64,000 nt of DNA from Candidatus Desulfosporosinus nitrosoreducens (GCF_030954495.1 NZ_JAVHUW010000082.1:173108-237107), one strand, 5' to 3'; positions 20,838 to 31,445 are shown, numbered from the stretch's first letter. The notes: generated from the sequence alone by a model not told the origin. Made by a program: numbers and translations.

Positions 20838-21100
20838 TTTACCTTAGATCGGATGCCACCTGTTATTGCGGTTGAAATAAACACGCTTAAATCCCGGACC
20901 GGAAAAATCCATTACACACCAAAACATGGGTAGCTGGTTGAATATTGTTGAAATTGAACTCGGCGTGATGACTCGTCAATGCTTGGGTCGTAGAATTCCG
21001 TCTTTAAAGCTCCTTCGTGATGAATTAACAGTATGGGAATCTACAAGGAATAACCCCAAAAAGGTGTTGATTGGCAATTTACAACTAATGCTGCACGAAT
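20838..21100 (+). mobile_element. IS630/Tc1-type DDE transposase, C-terminal remnant with a 1-nt frameshift (pseudogene)
   Basis: ..IHYTPKHG*/SWLNIVEIE.. is split between two frames and aligns to the IS630-family ...PxxSPxLNxIE... catalytic-E region. It continues QCLGRRIPSLKLLRDELTVWESTRNN. No N-terminal part is present. Confidence 0.5.
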
Positions 21101-21171
21101 TAAGCTTAAGCGACTCGATCCACAGTTTAAAAGTTGACAGTGTACTAGGCTGGTATGAGTGGGGGATAACA

Positions 21172-21546
21172 ATGAATATTATTGGCAATATTATTTGGCT
21201 TTTATGCGGCGGATTAATAGCTTGTATTGCCTGGTGTATTTCAGGACTGATTTTGTGCATTACGATTATCGGGATACCATTTGGCGTGCAATGTTTCAAG
21301 ATTGTGTTATTTGTATTGTGGCCCTTTGGAAAAGAGATAGAACTTGGCAACTTCGGAGCAGGGGGATTATTTTTAAATATAATATGGCTGATCGTTTTTG
21401 GCTGGGGGTTTGCTGTAGCTCATTTAATTATTGGTATACTTTTTTGTATAACGATTATCGGTATTCCGTTTGGACTCCAACATTTTAAATTTGCTAAACT
21501 TGGACTCATACCATTTGGGGCGAGAATTTACTATTCTGCAAACTGA
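21172..21546 (+). CDS. YccF-like inner membrane protein (DUF307)
   Basis: Duplicated motif ITIIGIPFG(V/L)Q.FK typical of YccF. The upstream in-frame extension to 20926 is transposase-remnant reading frame, not part of this gene. Confidence 0.7.
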   Translation: MNIIGNIIWLLCGGLIACIAWCISGLILCITIIGIPFGVQCFKIVLFVLWPFGKEIELGNFGAGGLFLNIIWLIVFGWGFAVAHLIIGILFCITIIGIPFGLQHFKFAKLGLIPFGARIYYSAN

Positions 21547-21735
21547 AACATCCTGTCACTCATCTATGTGAAATTATCATGTCTACCCGCGCCGCCAGAC
21601 TAACACAAGAAGAAATAGCCCGCCGCGTATAAAGGCTAGCTGGAGGTCGAGGGGTGTGAATAAGAAGATTGGTTGAGAAAAAGTTTACAAGATAACTTGA
21701 AAATAGTGACTTTCATTTCAAAGGAGGGGCAAAAA

Positions 21736-22068
21736 ATGAGTACATATAATTTTAAAATAAGCATTTCTCCAATTGAAGCATTGGATTTGGTCAAGCAGAA
21801 TGAAAATGCAGAACTTGTACATGAGGAAACTCATGATTTGGGTAACGGGATTTACATTGGGACATTAATATTTGAAAAATATTACATGAGGGTGAATAAT
21901 AGGGTGGCACTCGTCGTAATAATTGACAATATTCATGGACAAACGGATGTCAGGTCGATAGCTACCGGCAGTTCAGAAAGCATGATTTTTAATTTTGACT
22001 GGGGTGCGGCTGATTCTTTTGCCAACAGTGTACAAGACATCCTTAGTGATTATATTATTTCATCATAG
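21736..22068 (+). CDS. hypothetical protein
   Basis: 111-aa ORF with a strong RBS (AAAGGAGGGG, 8 nt upstream of the ATG). Confidence 0.5.
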   Translation: MSTYNFKISISPIEALDLVKQNENAELVHEETHDLGNGIYIGTLIFEKYYMRVNNRVALVVIIDNIHGQTDVRSIATGSSESMIFNFDWGAADSFANSVQDILSDYIISS

Positions 22069-22614
22069 TAATCCAGAGTATCAATTCCGCCTCCAGCCCT
22101 GATATTCGATCATTCCCGCCCACCCAGCATCCCGCTAAGCTCAAGAAGGCGCCCAGATAAGTCTGGCCAGTTGTTGAGTACTAGTCAAAATATTTTAAGC
22201 TAATTGCCCATTGGTAAATCTCGGTGAACAAGGCTCCGGAATGCTCCCGAATACTGATGAACAAACCTTACAGGGTTTAGTGCAACGTTTAGATCCATTT
22301 ACAAAGTCCAATACACGCTAAGGACAGGCGCAATGTTTTCTATCTGCGTTCGAGGGTACATGTTTAGTTGATAGTCACCAGATTGTTCCAATAACTATGG
22401 AATGGTCTGGTTTTCTTGTAAATAATTTAAAGATTAACAGGAATTTAATTAATGACTGTCGAAATATTCCCTCAACAAGGAGGAGAAATTTTAGATATGA
22501 AAGAGGAATTACGCGGCATAAATTCTTAAACGTTAGATGCATATAGTTCATATAGGGGTATTCTATTGGATTGAGCATATTATGGCTTAAAAATATAAAA
22601 AGTGGTGGAGATAT

Positions 22615-23307
22615 TTGAAAAACACAAAGCATGGAATAATCGGTGGATTACTAATTTTTGCCTCGATATTAATAGGTACTAGAACAGAAACAGGGTTTTC
22701 ATTAGGAGATAAGCTCTTCTTAGCACTAGGGATAGCTCCATGGACAAATGGACAAACAGGAGGAATACATTTACCATTTTTTATAGTATTTGCGTTGTTT
22801 ATTATTGGATGCCTTGAAGCAAGAAGGGTATTGAGTGTGGGCCAAACGTTATTACTCTTAGCCATTTTATTGCTGTTAGCTCCACCGGTTCTATCTTCAA
22901 TAAAACCACTTTACTATATGACGCAAAACGGCTTAAACGCTATTGAATATGACACAAGAAACAGTCATTTTCAAATTTATAGCGAAAACGATAATCAAAA
23001 TATTGATGTACTTGCATCGATTACACTTAGCAACTATGGGAAAGATACAATCCAATTTGGCCTGAAAATACCTCCGAATCAAGGATTATTGGATTGGCCT
23101 CATAAGGATTTGATCTTGAAAGCAGAAACAAATTCTCAAGAACAAGAGAGTTTCATATTATATCCAGGAGAAACAAAAACATTTTTGTCATTAACAGTAT
23201 TTCCAAGCAATATTGAAAACAATGGCGAGGGTCAAGGAACATTCAATGGACCTAACCTAATCTTGTTTAAGAATAATGAAAGCAGATTAGTTGGATTTAA
23301 TCTCTGA
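22615..23307 (+). CDS. hypothetical membrane protein (three predicted TM helices plus a C-terminal soluble domain)
   Basis: TTG start. Hydrophobic segments GIIGGLLIFASILIG, FFIVFALFIIGCL and LLLLAILLLLAPPVL. Confidence 0.45.
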   Translation: MKNTKHGIIGGLLIFASILIGTRTETGFSLGDKLFLALGIAPWTNGQTGGIHLPFFIVFALFIIGCLEARRVLSVGQTLLLLAILLLLAPPVLSSIKPLYYMTQNGLNAIEYDTRNSHFQIYSENDNQNIDVLASITLSNYGKDTIQFGLKIPPNQGLLDWPHKDLILKAETNSQEQESFILYPGETKTFLSLTVFPSNIENNGEGQGTFNGPNLILFKNNESRLVGFNL

Positions 23308-23383
23308 ACAGATTTCGTATTGAGAAACGGCTGAGCGACATAAAATGAGCGGTATAACGAATACCGCTCTGATTCTTGGGGAA

Positions 23384-23431
23384 TTGGTCGGCCGAAACCA
23401 AATTCGAATGCGCATCCGAATTTGGTTTCGG
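23384..23431. terminator. extended 23-bp-arm palindrome plus T-run; same 28-bp core as 2729-2768
   Basis: cggccgaaaccaaattcgaatgcg|cgcatccgaatttggtttcggccg, then tttgatttt. Confidence 0.6.
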
Positions 23432-23493
23432 CCGTTTGATTTTACCTTACCTTTAATAATAAATCTTAAACGATAAAATTATGGAGGTGCGGG

Positions 23494-24420
23494 ATGAAAG
23501 TAGGGATCTTTGGCGGAACAGGCTTTATTGGGCGAAATCTTACCACTGAATTGCTGGCAAATGGATATCAGGTAAGTGTAGTAACAAGGAATAGTGTGGA
23601 ATCTATAACTAAGGCAGAAAATAGAGTCCGGATGATCAGGTGGTCCGATGAGTCGCCTTTAGCCTTTCTAAGCGAATTGGAAGATGCTGACGCAATCATA
23701 AACCTTGCGGGAGAGTCAATCGGAAATCGGCGTTGGACGGATGCGGTTAAGAAAGAAATCTTGAACAGCAGGATTAAGACTACTAAAGCGATTGTTTCAG
23801 CTATAAATAGCCGGGCCATTCTGCCGAAAGCTTTAATTAATGCTTCTGCGGTCGGGTATTATGGCCCTCACAAAGATGAGGAAATAACTGAGGCGGAAGA
23901 AGCAGGAGAAGATTTTTTAGCTCAGGTATGCAGAGAGTGGGAGAAAGAAGCGTATAAAGTTCAGCCCAATTTGACTAGGGTGGCAACGATAAGGATTGGT
24001 GTGGTATTAGGAAATGAAGGGGCGTTGAACAGAATGGCAATGCCCTTCAGATTTTATCTTGGCGGTCCGTTGGGAACGGGAGAGCAATGGCTCTCGTGGA
24101 TACATATTAAAGATTTAACAAGGATAATTTCAATTTCTACTGAATATGGTAAAACAATAAACCTTCCGGACATTAAGAGACTGCAGTTAAAAAATGATCT
24201 TCCTCAAGGTCTGAAAAAAGTTGTTGGTATTAATTTGGGGACAATTCTCAAAGGAAATTTTACTTCAAAAGATGGCGATTTAACAGTTTATATTGATACA
24301 GCACATCCGCCATTTATTTTTCTTAGTACCACAACCGGACTAATTATCATTAACGATCGGACAAAAACCGATACTCAGTCCCTATACAACCAATTAGAAA
24401 CCAAGATAAAGCAAAAATAA
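23494..24420 (+). CDS. NAD-dependent epimerase/dehydratase family protein (YfcH/DUF1731-like SDR)
   Basis: N-terminal Rossmann motif MKVGIFGGTGFIGRNL. The C-terminal region diverges from typical YfcH. Confidence 0.65.
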   Translation: MKVGIFGGTGFIGRNLTTELLANGYQVSVVTRNSVESITKAENRVRMIRWSDESPLAFLSELEDADAIINLAGESIGNRRWTDAVKKEILNSRIKTTKAIVSAINSRAILPKALINASAVGYYGPHKDEEITEAEEAGEDFLAQVCREWEKEAYKVQPNLTRVATIRIGVVLGNEGALNRMAMPFRFYLGGPLGTGEQWLSWIHIKDLTRIISISTEYGKTINLPDIKRLQLKNDLPQGLKKVVGINLGTILKGNFTSKDGDLTVYIDTAHPPFIFLSTTTGLIIINDRTKTDTQSLYNQLETKIKQK

Positions 24421-24513
24421 CCAAATAGGGCTTCAATATACATATAACAGAAGGTTTGCAACGCCGGAGAGACGTTATTCGAAACTGCTGGGTTTGGACA
24501 GCAAAGAGCTTAC

Positions 24514-24930
24514 ATGGGGGGGAATAGGGTGTTTAATACTGGTCCAGCCGACTTAATGTTTTCATTAGTACCAATGTTTATATTTGTGATTTTTATCCTA
24601 GTTTTTGGTTTAATCATTTTCGGTGTCATAAAAAGTATTGGCCAATGGAGATATAACAACTCACAACCAATATTAAGTGTAGTTGCTAAGGTTACATCAA
24701 AGAGAACCCATACAACAAGTACTATTCACAATAGTGCTGGGGAAACTGGAATACATCACAGTCAATCTAATACTACATATTTTGTTACATTTGAGGTTGA
24801 AAGCGGAGATCGAATAGAATTTATGGTAGACGGTCATGAATATGGACAACTTGCTGATAATGACATCGGAAAACTTAAGTTTCAAGGTACTCGGTTCTTG
24901 AGCTTTGCCAGAAGTAATTTAGGCATATAA
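24514..24930 (+). CDS. DUF2500-like small membrane protein
   Basis: Single N-terminal TM helix (LVPMFIFVIFILVFGLIIFGVI) followed by a soluble domain. The start could be an internal Met near 24559. Confidence 0.45.
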   Translation: MGGNRVFNTGPADLMFSLVPMFIFVIFILVFGLIIFGVIKSIGQWRYNNSQPILSVVAKVTSKRTHTTSTIHNSAGETGIHHSQSNTTYFVTFEVESGDRIEFMVDGHEYGQLADNDIGKLKFQGTRFLSFARSNLGI

Positions 24931-25053
24931 AACTTACATGGGCATTCCTTTGGGTTGTTATTTTGGGGAAGCAATTCTTGCACCGGCCATATCGTAAACA
25001 GGAGTTCCGGAGGAAAAATTAAACAAACTCTCTAATTTAAAAAAAATCATGAA

Positions 25054-25544
25054 TTAATGCTGGAATTTCCCATATATTTCCTTGGTAATGTCAATATCTT
25101 CTTTGTTGAATAATTTAAGGATATCATTATCAGGAAATATACTTTCTGTGTCATCTGAAACAGGGCAATAAGATATAAAATATTCTTGCTGTGGTATCTT
25201 AATCTTATAATCTTTTCCATTCAATGTTATTTTTACATGAAAAATGTCACTTCCATATTCAGTAAAGTCCATTTTATATTTTGCATTTATGCCTTTACTT
25301 AATACTGCATCGCCTATACCTGAAAAGCTATTACTTATAAATAAAACATATTCTTTATTATCAACATAAATTGTTTGTTTAATGTAATATTTTCGATAAT
25401 TACTGAATTTTTATTAATAAATCGCATAATGCCATCTTCTAATTGTTTGCCGTTATCGTTAATTGAAAACGTTTTATTATAATTGAAAATTATTATACAG
25501 ACAATGATTAATATGATTGCTATAATAAAAGAGGCTTTTTTCAC
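25054..25544 (-). pseudogene. possible frameshifted small secreted or lipoprotein (two adjacent ORFs, 25054-25272 and 25335-25544)
   Basis: The upstream piece has a signal-peptide-like N-terminus (MKKASFIIAIILIIVCIII) and the downstream piece continues in another frame. Confidence 0.25.
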
Positions 25545-25754
25545 AACACACTCTACCTTTTCATGTGAATTATTTTTATTACATTATAAAGTAATTGAGC
25601 TTATTTGCACAACGAAATTATTTTAGTGTGAAAGTTAAACTATAGGACATCCCATAGTTTTGATTCTTATAAGATATTCTATATCTTATAAGAAAATTAA
25701 AGAATAATGCTGAAAGAGTACTATGGTACTTGTAGTATAGAAAGGATTTTTACC

Positions 25755-26231
25755 ATGACCTTTAGAGTAAGAGCAGCAGCAATAATATTTAATGCGAGGG
25801 GAGAGCTTCTTCTCGTATTTCACAGGAGTCCAATTACAGGTGACGAATGGTGGACTCTTCCTGGAGGCGGGCTAGAAGATAATGAAAACGCACTCGAAGC
25901 ACTAGTAAGAGAAGTGAAGGAAGAGTGTGGCGTAGAATGTAAACCCGGGAGATTAGTTTATGTGAGAGAGTTTTTAGAAAGTACTGAGAAGGGTGTTCAC
26001 CATGTTGAACTATTCTTTACCGCAGAAGTAGATACCTATGATATAGTTACAGGCTTTGATCCGGAGTTTGCAGAACAATATATAATTGAATCGCGTTTTT
26101 TGAGCAAGAAAGAGATTGTAAGTTCAAATACTAAAGTCTACCCAGAGATATTAAATGATAGGTTTTGGAATGACCTACGGACTGGATTTATTGGACATGA
26201 CGTCTATCTAGGAATAAAGCAGATGATCTAG
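25755..26231 (+). CDS. NUDIX hydrolase
   Basis: Nudix box GGGLEDNENALEALVREVKEECGV (GX5EX7REUXEEXGU). Confidence 0.85.
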   Translation: MTFRVRAAAIIFNARGELLLVFHRSPITGDEWWTLPGGGLEDNENALEALVREVKEECGVECKPGRLVYVREFLESTEKGVHHVELFFTAEVDTYDIVTGFDPEFAEQYIIESRFLSKKEIVSSNTKVYPEILNDRFWNDLRTGFIGHDVYLGIKQMI

Positions 26232-26292
26232 GTATTTTTTCCTCTCCTTGTCAAGGATATGTTGATAACGGATACATGTAAGGAGTGATTTT

Positions 26293-26748
26293 ATGCCTTT
26301 ACCGGAATCAAAGGGGAAATATACTTATGCCGATTACCTAACTTGGCCGGAAGAAGGTGAACGGTGGGAAATCATCGACGGAGTGCCCTATATGCAAGCA
26401 GCACCCACCTGGCAGCATCAAGCAATATCCGGTAATATATTTGGCCAATTCTTCGAGTATTTGAAAGGTAAACCCTGGCAGGTTTTTGCTGCTCCTTTTG
26501 ACTTAATTGAAATAACTTCACCGTCCACTGGAAAAATGGATCGGCTTATTAAATACAATAAATATGAAAAAGCTGGGGTAAAAGAATACTGGATTGTTGA
26601 ACCGGAGACAAAGATCGTGAGTGTATTCGTGCTACAGGACAATAACAGATATGGTAGGCTGGAAGTTTACGCCGAAGAGGATAAAATTAACATAAGTATT
26701 TTCCCGGATCTCTTTATAGATTTAAAGCCAGTTTTCACAGGTATTTAA
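26293..26748 (+). CDS. Uma2-family endonuclease (DUF820, putative restriction-endonuclease-like)
   Basis: YTYADYLTWPEEGERWEIIDGVPYMQAAPTWQHQ is the characteristic Uma2 N-terminus. Confidence 0.75.
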   Translation: MPLPESKGKYTYADYLTWPEEGERWEIIDGVPYMQAAPTWQHQAISGNIFGQFFEYLKGKPWQVFAAPFDLIEITSPSTGKMDRLIKYNKYEKAGVKEYWIVEPETKIVSVFVLQDNNRYGRLEVYAEEDKINISIFPDLFIDLKPVFTGI

Positions 26749-27470
26749 TTATACGGAAAAAGTCAGATTTCCTGTGAGCTAAAGAATTTTCATCACGATA
26801 TAGCTTGATGCTGGAATGCCGAGATATAAGGCATCCCTGTTGCAAAACAAATTAAATTTATTGGCTCAAACGAGAGCAACTGTTTAGACGGTAGTTATTT
26901 AAATTATTATTTGAGTCCGATAATAGATATTATGTAAAGTAGAGTATAATTTTTGGCGGTTAGACTAAAATAGCCTGAAAATCCTGGTACGGATTTTTAC
27001 AAGCTGATTTATCCGTATCAGCGATTTTTTAAGCTTTCGGTATTTAATCCAATTATCAGTATTACATGTCGGTTAGATAAATTCAGTTGATAACTGCTAC
27101 TATTTTTGGCTTTCAAGTTTGATATCCTCTAGATTAAGCTCCAGTTTGGACATTACTATTCAATTGAACTCGTTTATAAGGTTTACGATAACCGTCATGA
27201 AAAACTAGCCTCTAGGAGCCTCTGTAAGGCTTTAGAAATTGATGCTTAATATGATTAGGCTAATCCAAGTAAACTATGGCTACAGGAGCCATTTAAAGTC
27301 TTGAATATTTATCGATATATACGAACGAGTCAGTTTTCAGGTGCTAAATTTGGAATTCTAAAAGATTCAATTGATGCTTTACTAATCGAATTACGTTTTT
27401 AATAGATATTTGAGCCATGTAATTAGCTCATTAGAGATATTGACCTAACGACATGCTTTATTAGCCTCTA

Positions 27471-27510
27471 TTAACTATGCACTAAATTTCTATTTAGTGC
27501 ATAGTTAATA
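27471..27510. repeat. perfect 17-bp-arm palindrome in a 1-kb noncoding AT-rich region
   Basis: ttaactatgcactaaat ttc tatttagtgcatagttaa. Confidence 0.5.
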
Positions 27511-27730
27511 GTTCTCACATTTCTATAAGTTTAAACACGAAAACTTTCACATAAAATAATACCACCTGGTTTTCCTCTTAAACAATTAGGAATCTGTTTG
27601 AAACTGAACTTTATACGTATTGTTCGGTTAATATGTAATAAATTAACAGCAAGGCATTTTCATCCTCTTCCCTATCTTATCTTACCAAATAACGGATGAA
27701 GTTTATATCCAAAACATTTATTGATCTTGC

Positions 27731-28939
27731 TTAATACTCTTCTCCCGCCTTAAAGTTATAAATCGGTTTAATTACTTTCACAATATCTGCTGTCGGGCCA
27801 ATATGGTTTACGATGTCATCCATAGACTTATAAGCCATTGGACACTCATCCAATGTTTCTTTATTAACTGATGTCGTGTAGACATCCTTCATCTGTTTTT
27901 TAAAGTCCGAAACGGTAAAACTTTGTTTTGCCTTAGTCCTGCTCATGAGCCTGCCAGCACCATGAGGGGCAGAGCAGTTCCAATCCTCATTGCCTTTTCC
28001 TAAACAGATGAGACTACCATCCCTCATATTGATCGGAATTAAAAGTCTTTCTCCTTTCTTTGCGGACACGGCGCCTTTCCGTAAGATCATCGTGTCGGTA
28101 TCAATGTAATTATGAGTCGTAGTGAACTGTTCCGCTACGTCTAATTTCATGCCTTTCACGATCTCAGTAATCATTGCTTTACGGTTTAGCACCGCAAACT
28201 GCTGAACGATTTTCATATCATGAATATAATCCTCAAACAGACTCCCAGTTACATAAGCAAGAGGAAACGGAATTTCGGTCATTACCTGATTTTTAAATTC
28301 CTTTAATGCATTCTCTATTTCTTTATCACGGCCTTCAGACTTTAAGCGGACAATGAGTGCCTCCATATCTGATTTGCCATTATGGTTTAACTGCTTATAC
28401 CCGGCGTCCTGATAATATTTTGCCACCTCAAGTCCTAAGTGACGGCTCCCTGAATGAACTACAACATATAAGCTGCCCGCCTCATCCTTATTAACCTCAA
28501 TAAAATGATTGCCGCCACCCAATGTTCCAATACTTTTTTCTGCTCTGTCCAGTTGCACTGCTTTACGACAACGTAGCCCTGTTAAATCAATTTGCTCATT
28601 ATACCGATGCGGTGTCTTCCGCACCTCAAAACCTGACGGTATGTTCTCATAAATCAACTTATCTAACCTTTGCAGTTCCAGTCGTTTGTTGCTGATTGAG
28701 ATAGTTTCCATACCGCAGCCAATATCTACGCCCACTAAGTTAGGAACCACTTTATCCGTAATGGTCATCGTGGTTCCAATCGTGCAGCCGGCTCCAGCAT
28801 GCACATCCGGCATGACCCTGATTTTGCTTGCTTTTACAAACTCCTGGTTACAAAGGGTCTCAATCTGTGAAGCAGCTCCTTCTTCCAGAATATCGGTATA
28901 CACCTTTGCTATATTAAATTTCCCTTCTATTTGCAACAT
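27731..28939 (-). CDS. rtcB: RNA-splicing ligase RtcB (RtcB2-type, paired with PrfH)
   Basis: 402 aa with conserved RtcB motifs: GVDIGCGM, GGGNHFIEV, and HGAGR near the C-terminus. Sits directly downstream of the prfH homolog. Confidence 0.9.
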   Translation of the reverse strand: MLQIEGKFNIAKVYTDILEEGAASQIETLCNQEFVKASKIRVMPDVHAGAGCTIGTTMTITDKVVPNLVGVDIGCGMETISISNKRLELQRLDKLIYENIPSGFEVRKTPHRYNEQIDLTGLRCRKAVQLDRAEKSIGTLGGGNHFIEVNKDEAGSLYVVVHSGSRHLGLEVAKYYQDAGYKQLNHNGKSDMEALIVRLKSEGRDKEIENALKEFKNQVMTEIPFPLAYVTGSLFEDYIHDMKIVQQFAVLNRKAMITEIVKGMKLDVAEQFTTTHNYIDTDTMILRKGAVSAKKGERLLIPINMRDGSLICLGKGNEDWNCSAPHGAGRLMSRTKAKQSFTVSDFKKQMKDVYTTSVNKETLDECPMAYKSMDDIVNHIGPTADIVKVIKPIYNFKAGEEY

Positions 28940-29118
28940 CTAATACACCGTTCCATTCTTATATTTTTGGTTCTTAAATAATCGGTAATGATTCATAAAA
29001 GTCCCATTCTTCGGCTTGAAGTTAGTCTCCACGTATCTTGCTTAACCTCTTCGAAAGTAATGAATTAATTCACTTCAATCATACGTTGCTTTATCAATTA
29101 TCTGATATTTATTATTTG

Positions 29119-29727
29119 TTATTGCTTAAGCTTAAACTCCTTACCTTCATAAACTCTCATGGGATTTCCTCTGGTAAGAAGATTGTGTTGCCTCCACATA
29201 GATTCTTTATGGTCACTGTTATTATCTTCGTTTTTTGTATTAATAAGGATTGACAATCGAGCAAGTGCCAGCTTTTTATTCATATATTGCGATCGTTCCT
29301 CACCTGCGGTTACCGTTAACCCAGTGGGAATATGAACCGCCCTGACAGCTGTTTCTACTTTATTTACATTTTGTCCACCCGGACCAGAACTTCTCATAGC
29401 AACAATCTTTACATCTTTTTCCGAAAAGTTGAACCTTTCAGCCGACTGATATACTTCAATATTAATAAACCAATTCTTTCTTCGATGGTTAGGCCTGTAT
29501 GGACTTTGACAAATCCAGAGGATTGTACCCTTCGTGTTGTCAGTATCACCCTTGAATTCATTTGCAGCGATGGATAAAAGAACAGATTTGTAGGTCCCGT
29601 TATAGCGTCCGGGTACTGCATCGATGACTCTTGTAGTTTTATTTTCCTTTAATATTTTTTGCAGAAAAAGACCGACTGCCAGTTCACATTCCTCGGGGCC
29701 TTTCCCTGAGCTAATTTGCATCCACAT
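29119..29727 (-). CDS. prfH: peptide chain release factor H (RF-H; release-factor homolog lacking the codon-recognition domain)
   Basis: 202 aa with the GGQ motif (SGPGGQNVNKVETAVR) and homology to the RF2 C-terminal half. Its size and pairing with rtcB are diagnostic of PrfH. Confidence 0.85.
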   Translation of the reverse strand: MWMQISSGKGPEECELAVGLFLQKILKENKTTRVIDAVPGRYNGTYKSVLLSIAANEFKGDTDNTKGTILWICQSPYRPNHRRKNWFINIEVYQSAERFNFSEKDVKIVAMRSSGPGGQNVNKVETAVRAVHIPTGLTVTAGEERSQYMNKKLALARLSILINTKNEDNNSDHKESMWRQHNLLTRGNPMRVYEGKEFKLKQ

Positions 29728-29772
29728 TTCGTGAACCTCCTTGAACTTTCGGAAAATAGCAATGTAGATTCA

Positions 29773-31350
29773 CTATCTTCTGATCCTAAGAACAAATTGT
29801 AAATCTTTTATAACACTTTCGCTGATTAATCGTTTTAGGCATATTTTCTCATAAAGTTCGACGATTGCCTTCTCTGTGTCTCCCTCCGGTCTGGAGTATA
29901 AGCCTGTAGATTTATGCAACCAATTGTTCAATAAATTTTTTGCTTCGCTCAAAACCGGCTCTTGCTCTCTGGAGATGGCATAAAGAATAGCTAGAAGAGC
30001 CTGCCACCCTCCGTAACTATAAATTATTTGAAGCGCAAAGATTCGCATATCAAGATCTTCGCTTCTCAATTTCTCCTTCATGGCAAATAGAATTGTTGGC
30101 ATTTTTGTCTTTTTGAGAAGACGTTTTGCTGTTTTTTTAATCTTTGGTATATCAGAATTTAAAGCGTCCAATATAAAACCAACGGTGTCCGCTTTCGATA
30201 GCTGCCACATCGCTACCATGGAAGCCAGTCTCATTTTAGAATCTTCATGAGTTTTGAACTCACAAACAATATCATAGTCTCTCTGGCCGCCAATTTCCCC
30301 TAGCCCGGCAATAGCTCCCGGTAAAGGGTTCTTTATAATTTGAAGTCTATAGAATTCCGGAATATCTGTGATCATTGAATGCTTTTTTACAATAAATCTA
30401 GCGCCCTCTCGCACGGAAGCATAGTCATCTACCAAGAACATCTCCAAAATTCTTCTGAAATGCAGGCAGACAACATCTTCGTGTTCTCTTAGTACTGCCG
30501 TTTTAACTTTAGCGGATTTGTCCCGCAGCAATTTTTCAATAATCGCGTATCGGTCCTGGGGTTCAAGAGTTTTTATTGCTTCAACAAGCCACATCCTAAC
30601 TTCAAATGATTTGTCATGAAGAGCGGAGGTTATGATGGTTTCATCATTGACAATCCTCCCCCTCAATAACTGATAACAGAATAGCCGTATCTTAACCTGA
30701 GGATCTTTTAGCTTATTCTTGACCATATCTTGAACCGAATCATCTTTAAGAAAACCTTCAATTTCTGTTTTTATACTTTTAAGGTCGACACGTACTGCAT
30801 CTTGTAATTTATTAATTAAATTAAAGTGATCGATAAAACAATCTATGTTCTCAGGAATTAACATGTTTTTAAGTATATGCTCTGCCAGATTTCTTACAGA
30901 TACAACCCAATCGTTGAGCCTTAAAAGAATATATGGAACAGCGCTTGGGCTTTTTACACCAGACATTAATTTCAAAGCCTTCTCCCGAACATATCCATTA
31001 CTGTTGAGTGACGCGATACCTAACAGGTGAACGGAGATATCAGTCTCAAACTCTAAAAGGCTAACCAGGCTTTTCTCGTCTATTCTAGTGTATTTAACTT
31101 GATCGTAGATGCGGCTCCAGTCCTTGCTCCCAATTTTACTCATGATTCCTGCTGCCATTTGGGCAGAAGTTAAAACAAGCGTTGTATTTTTTATGAAAAT
31201 TAGAGGAAAGACATATTCAATATCCTTTAGATCGATATCTTTGCTTAACCAAAGCAGGGCATCTACTTTATCTTTAACCCTCGGAAATCCGAACATTTTT
31301 AGGGGCTTGATTAGAATCTGATGTGCAGAATACTTATCCTGATATTTCAT
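29773..31350 (-). CDS. HEAT-repeat (PBS-lyase/E-Z type) protein, 525 aa
   Basis: Repeated helix-turn-helix HEAT-like units (..GYVREKALKLMSGVKSPSAVPYILLRLNDWVVSVRNLA.., ..DKSFEVRMWLVEAIKTL.., ..DKSAKVKTAVLREHE.., ..DSKMRLASMVAMWQL.., ..DLDMRIFALQIIYSYG..). No vWA/MIDAS or TM region. Sits 45 nt upstream of prfH. Confidence 0.6.
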   Translation of the reverse strand: MKYQDKYSAHQILIKPLKMFGFPRVKDKVDALLWLSKDIDLKDIEYVFPLIFIKNTTLVLTSAQMAAGIMSKIGSKDWSRIYDQVKYTRIDEKSLVSLLEFETDISVHLLGIASLNSNGYVREKALKLMSGVKSPSAVPYILLRLNDWVVSVRNLAEHILKNMLIPENIDCFIDHFNLINKLQDAVRVDLKSIKTEIEGFLKDDSVQDMVKNKLKDPQVKIRLFCYQLLRGRIVNDETIITSALHDKSFEVRMWLVEAIKTLEPQDRYAIIEKLLRDKSAKVKTAVLREHEDVVCLHFRRILEMFLVDDYASVREGARFIVKKHSMITDIPEFYRLQIIKNPLPGAIAGLGEIGGQRDYDIVCEFKTHEDSKMRLASMVAMWQLSKADTVGFILDALNSDIPKIKKTAKRLLKKTKMPTILFAMKEKLRSEDLDMRIFALQIIYSYGGWQALLAILYAISREQEPVLSEAKNLLNNWLHKSTGLYSRPEGDTEKAIVELYEKICLKRLISESVIKDLQFVLRIRR

Positions 31351-31445
31351 CGTTAAGTCACCTTCTTTTTCGATTCATCTGCAAAAGGAAGAAAATCTCT
31401 CCTACTAGCCATTTGTTCATCAGAGAGATTTTAAGAAACCTCATA

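Noticed and set aside
20926-21546. Single 206-aa ORF spanning 20926-21546
   Set aside because: It is a chimera of the transposase-remnant reading frame and the downstream YccF gene. YccF starts at the internal Met (21172). The upstream part continues the frameshifted IS630-like fragment.
29773-31350. The HEAT-repeat protein being a Ro60/Rsr (TROVE+vWA) ortholog partnering the tRNA-like RNA
   Set aside because: No vWA/MIDAS (DxSxS) motif or recognisable TROVE signature. The protein is HEAT repeats end to end. It is kept only as a functional analogy in the findings.
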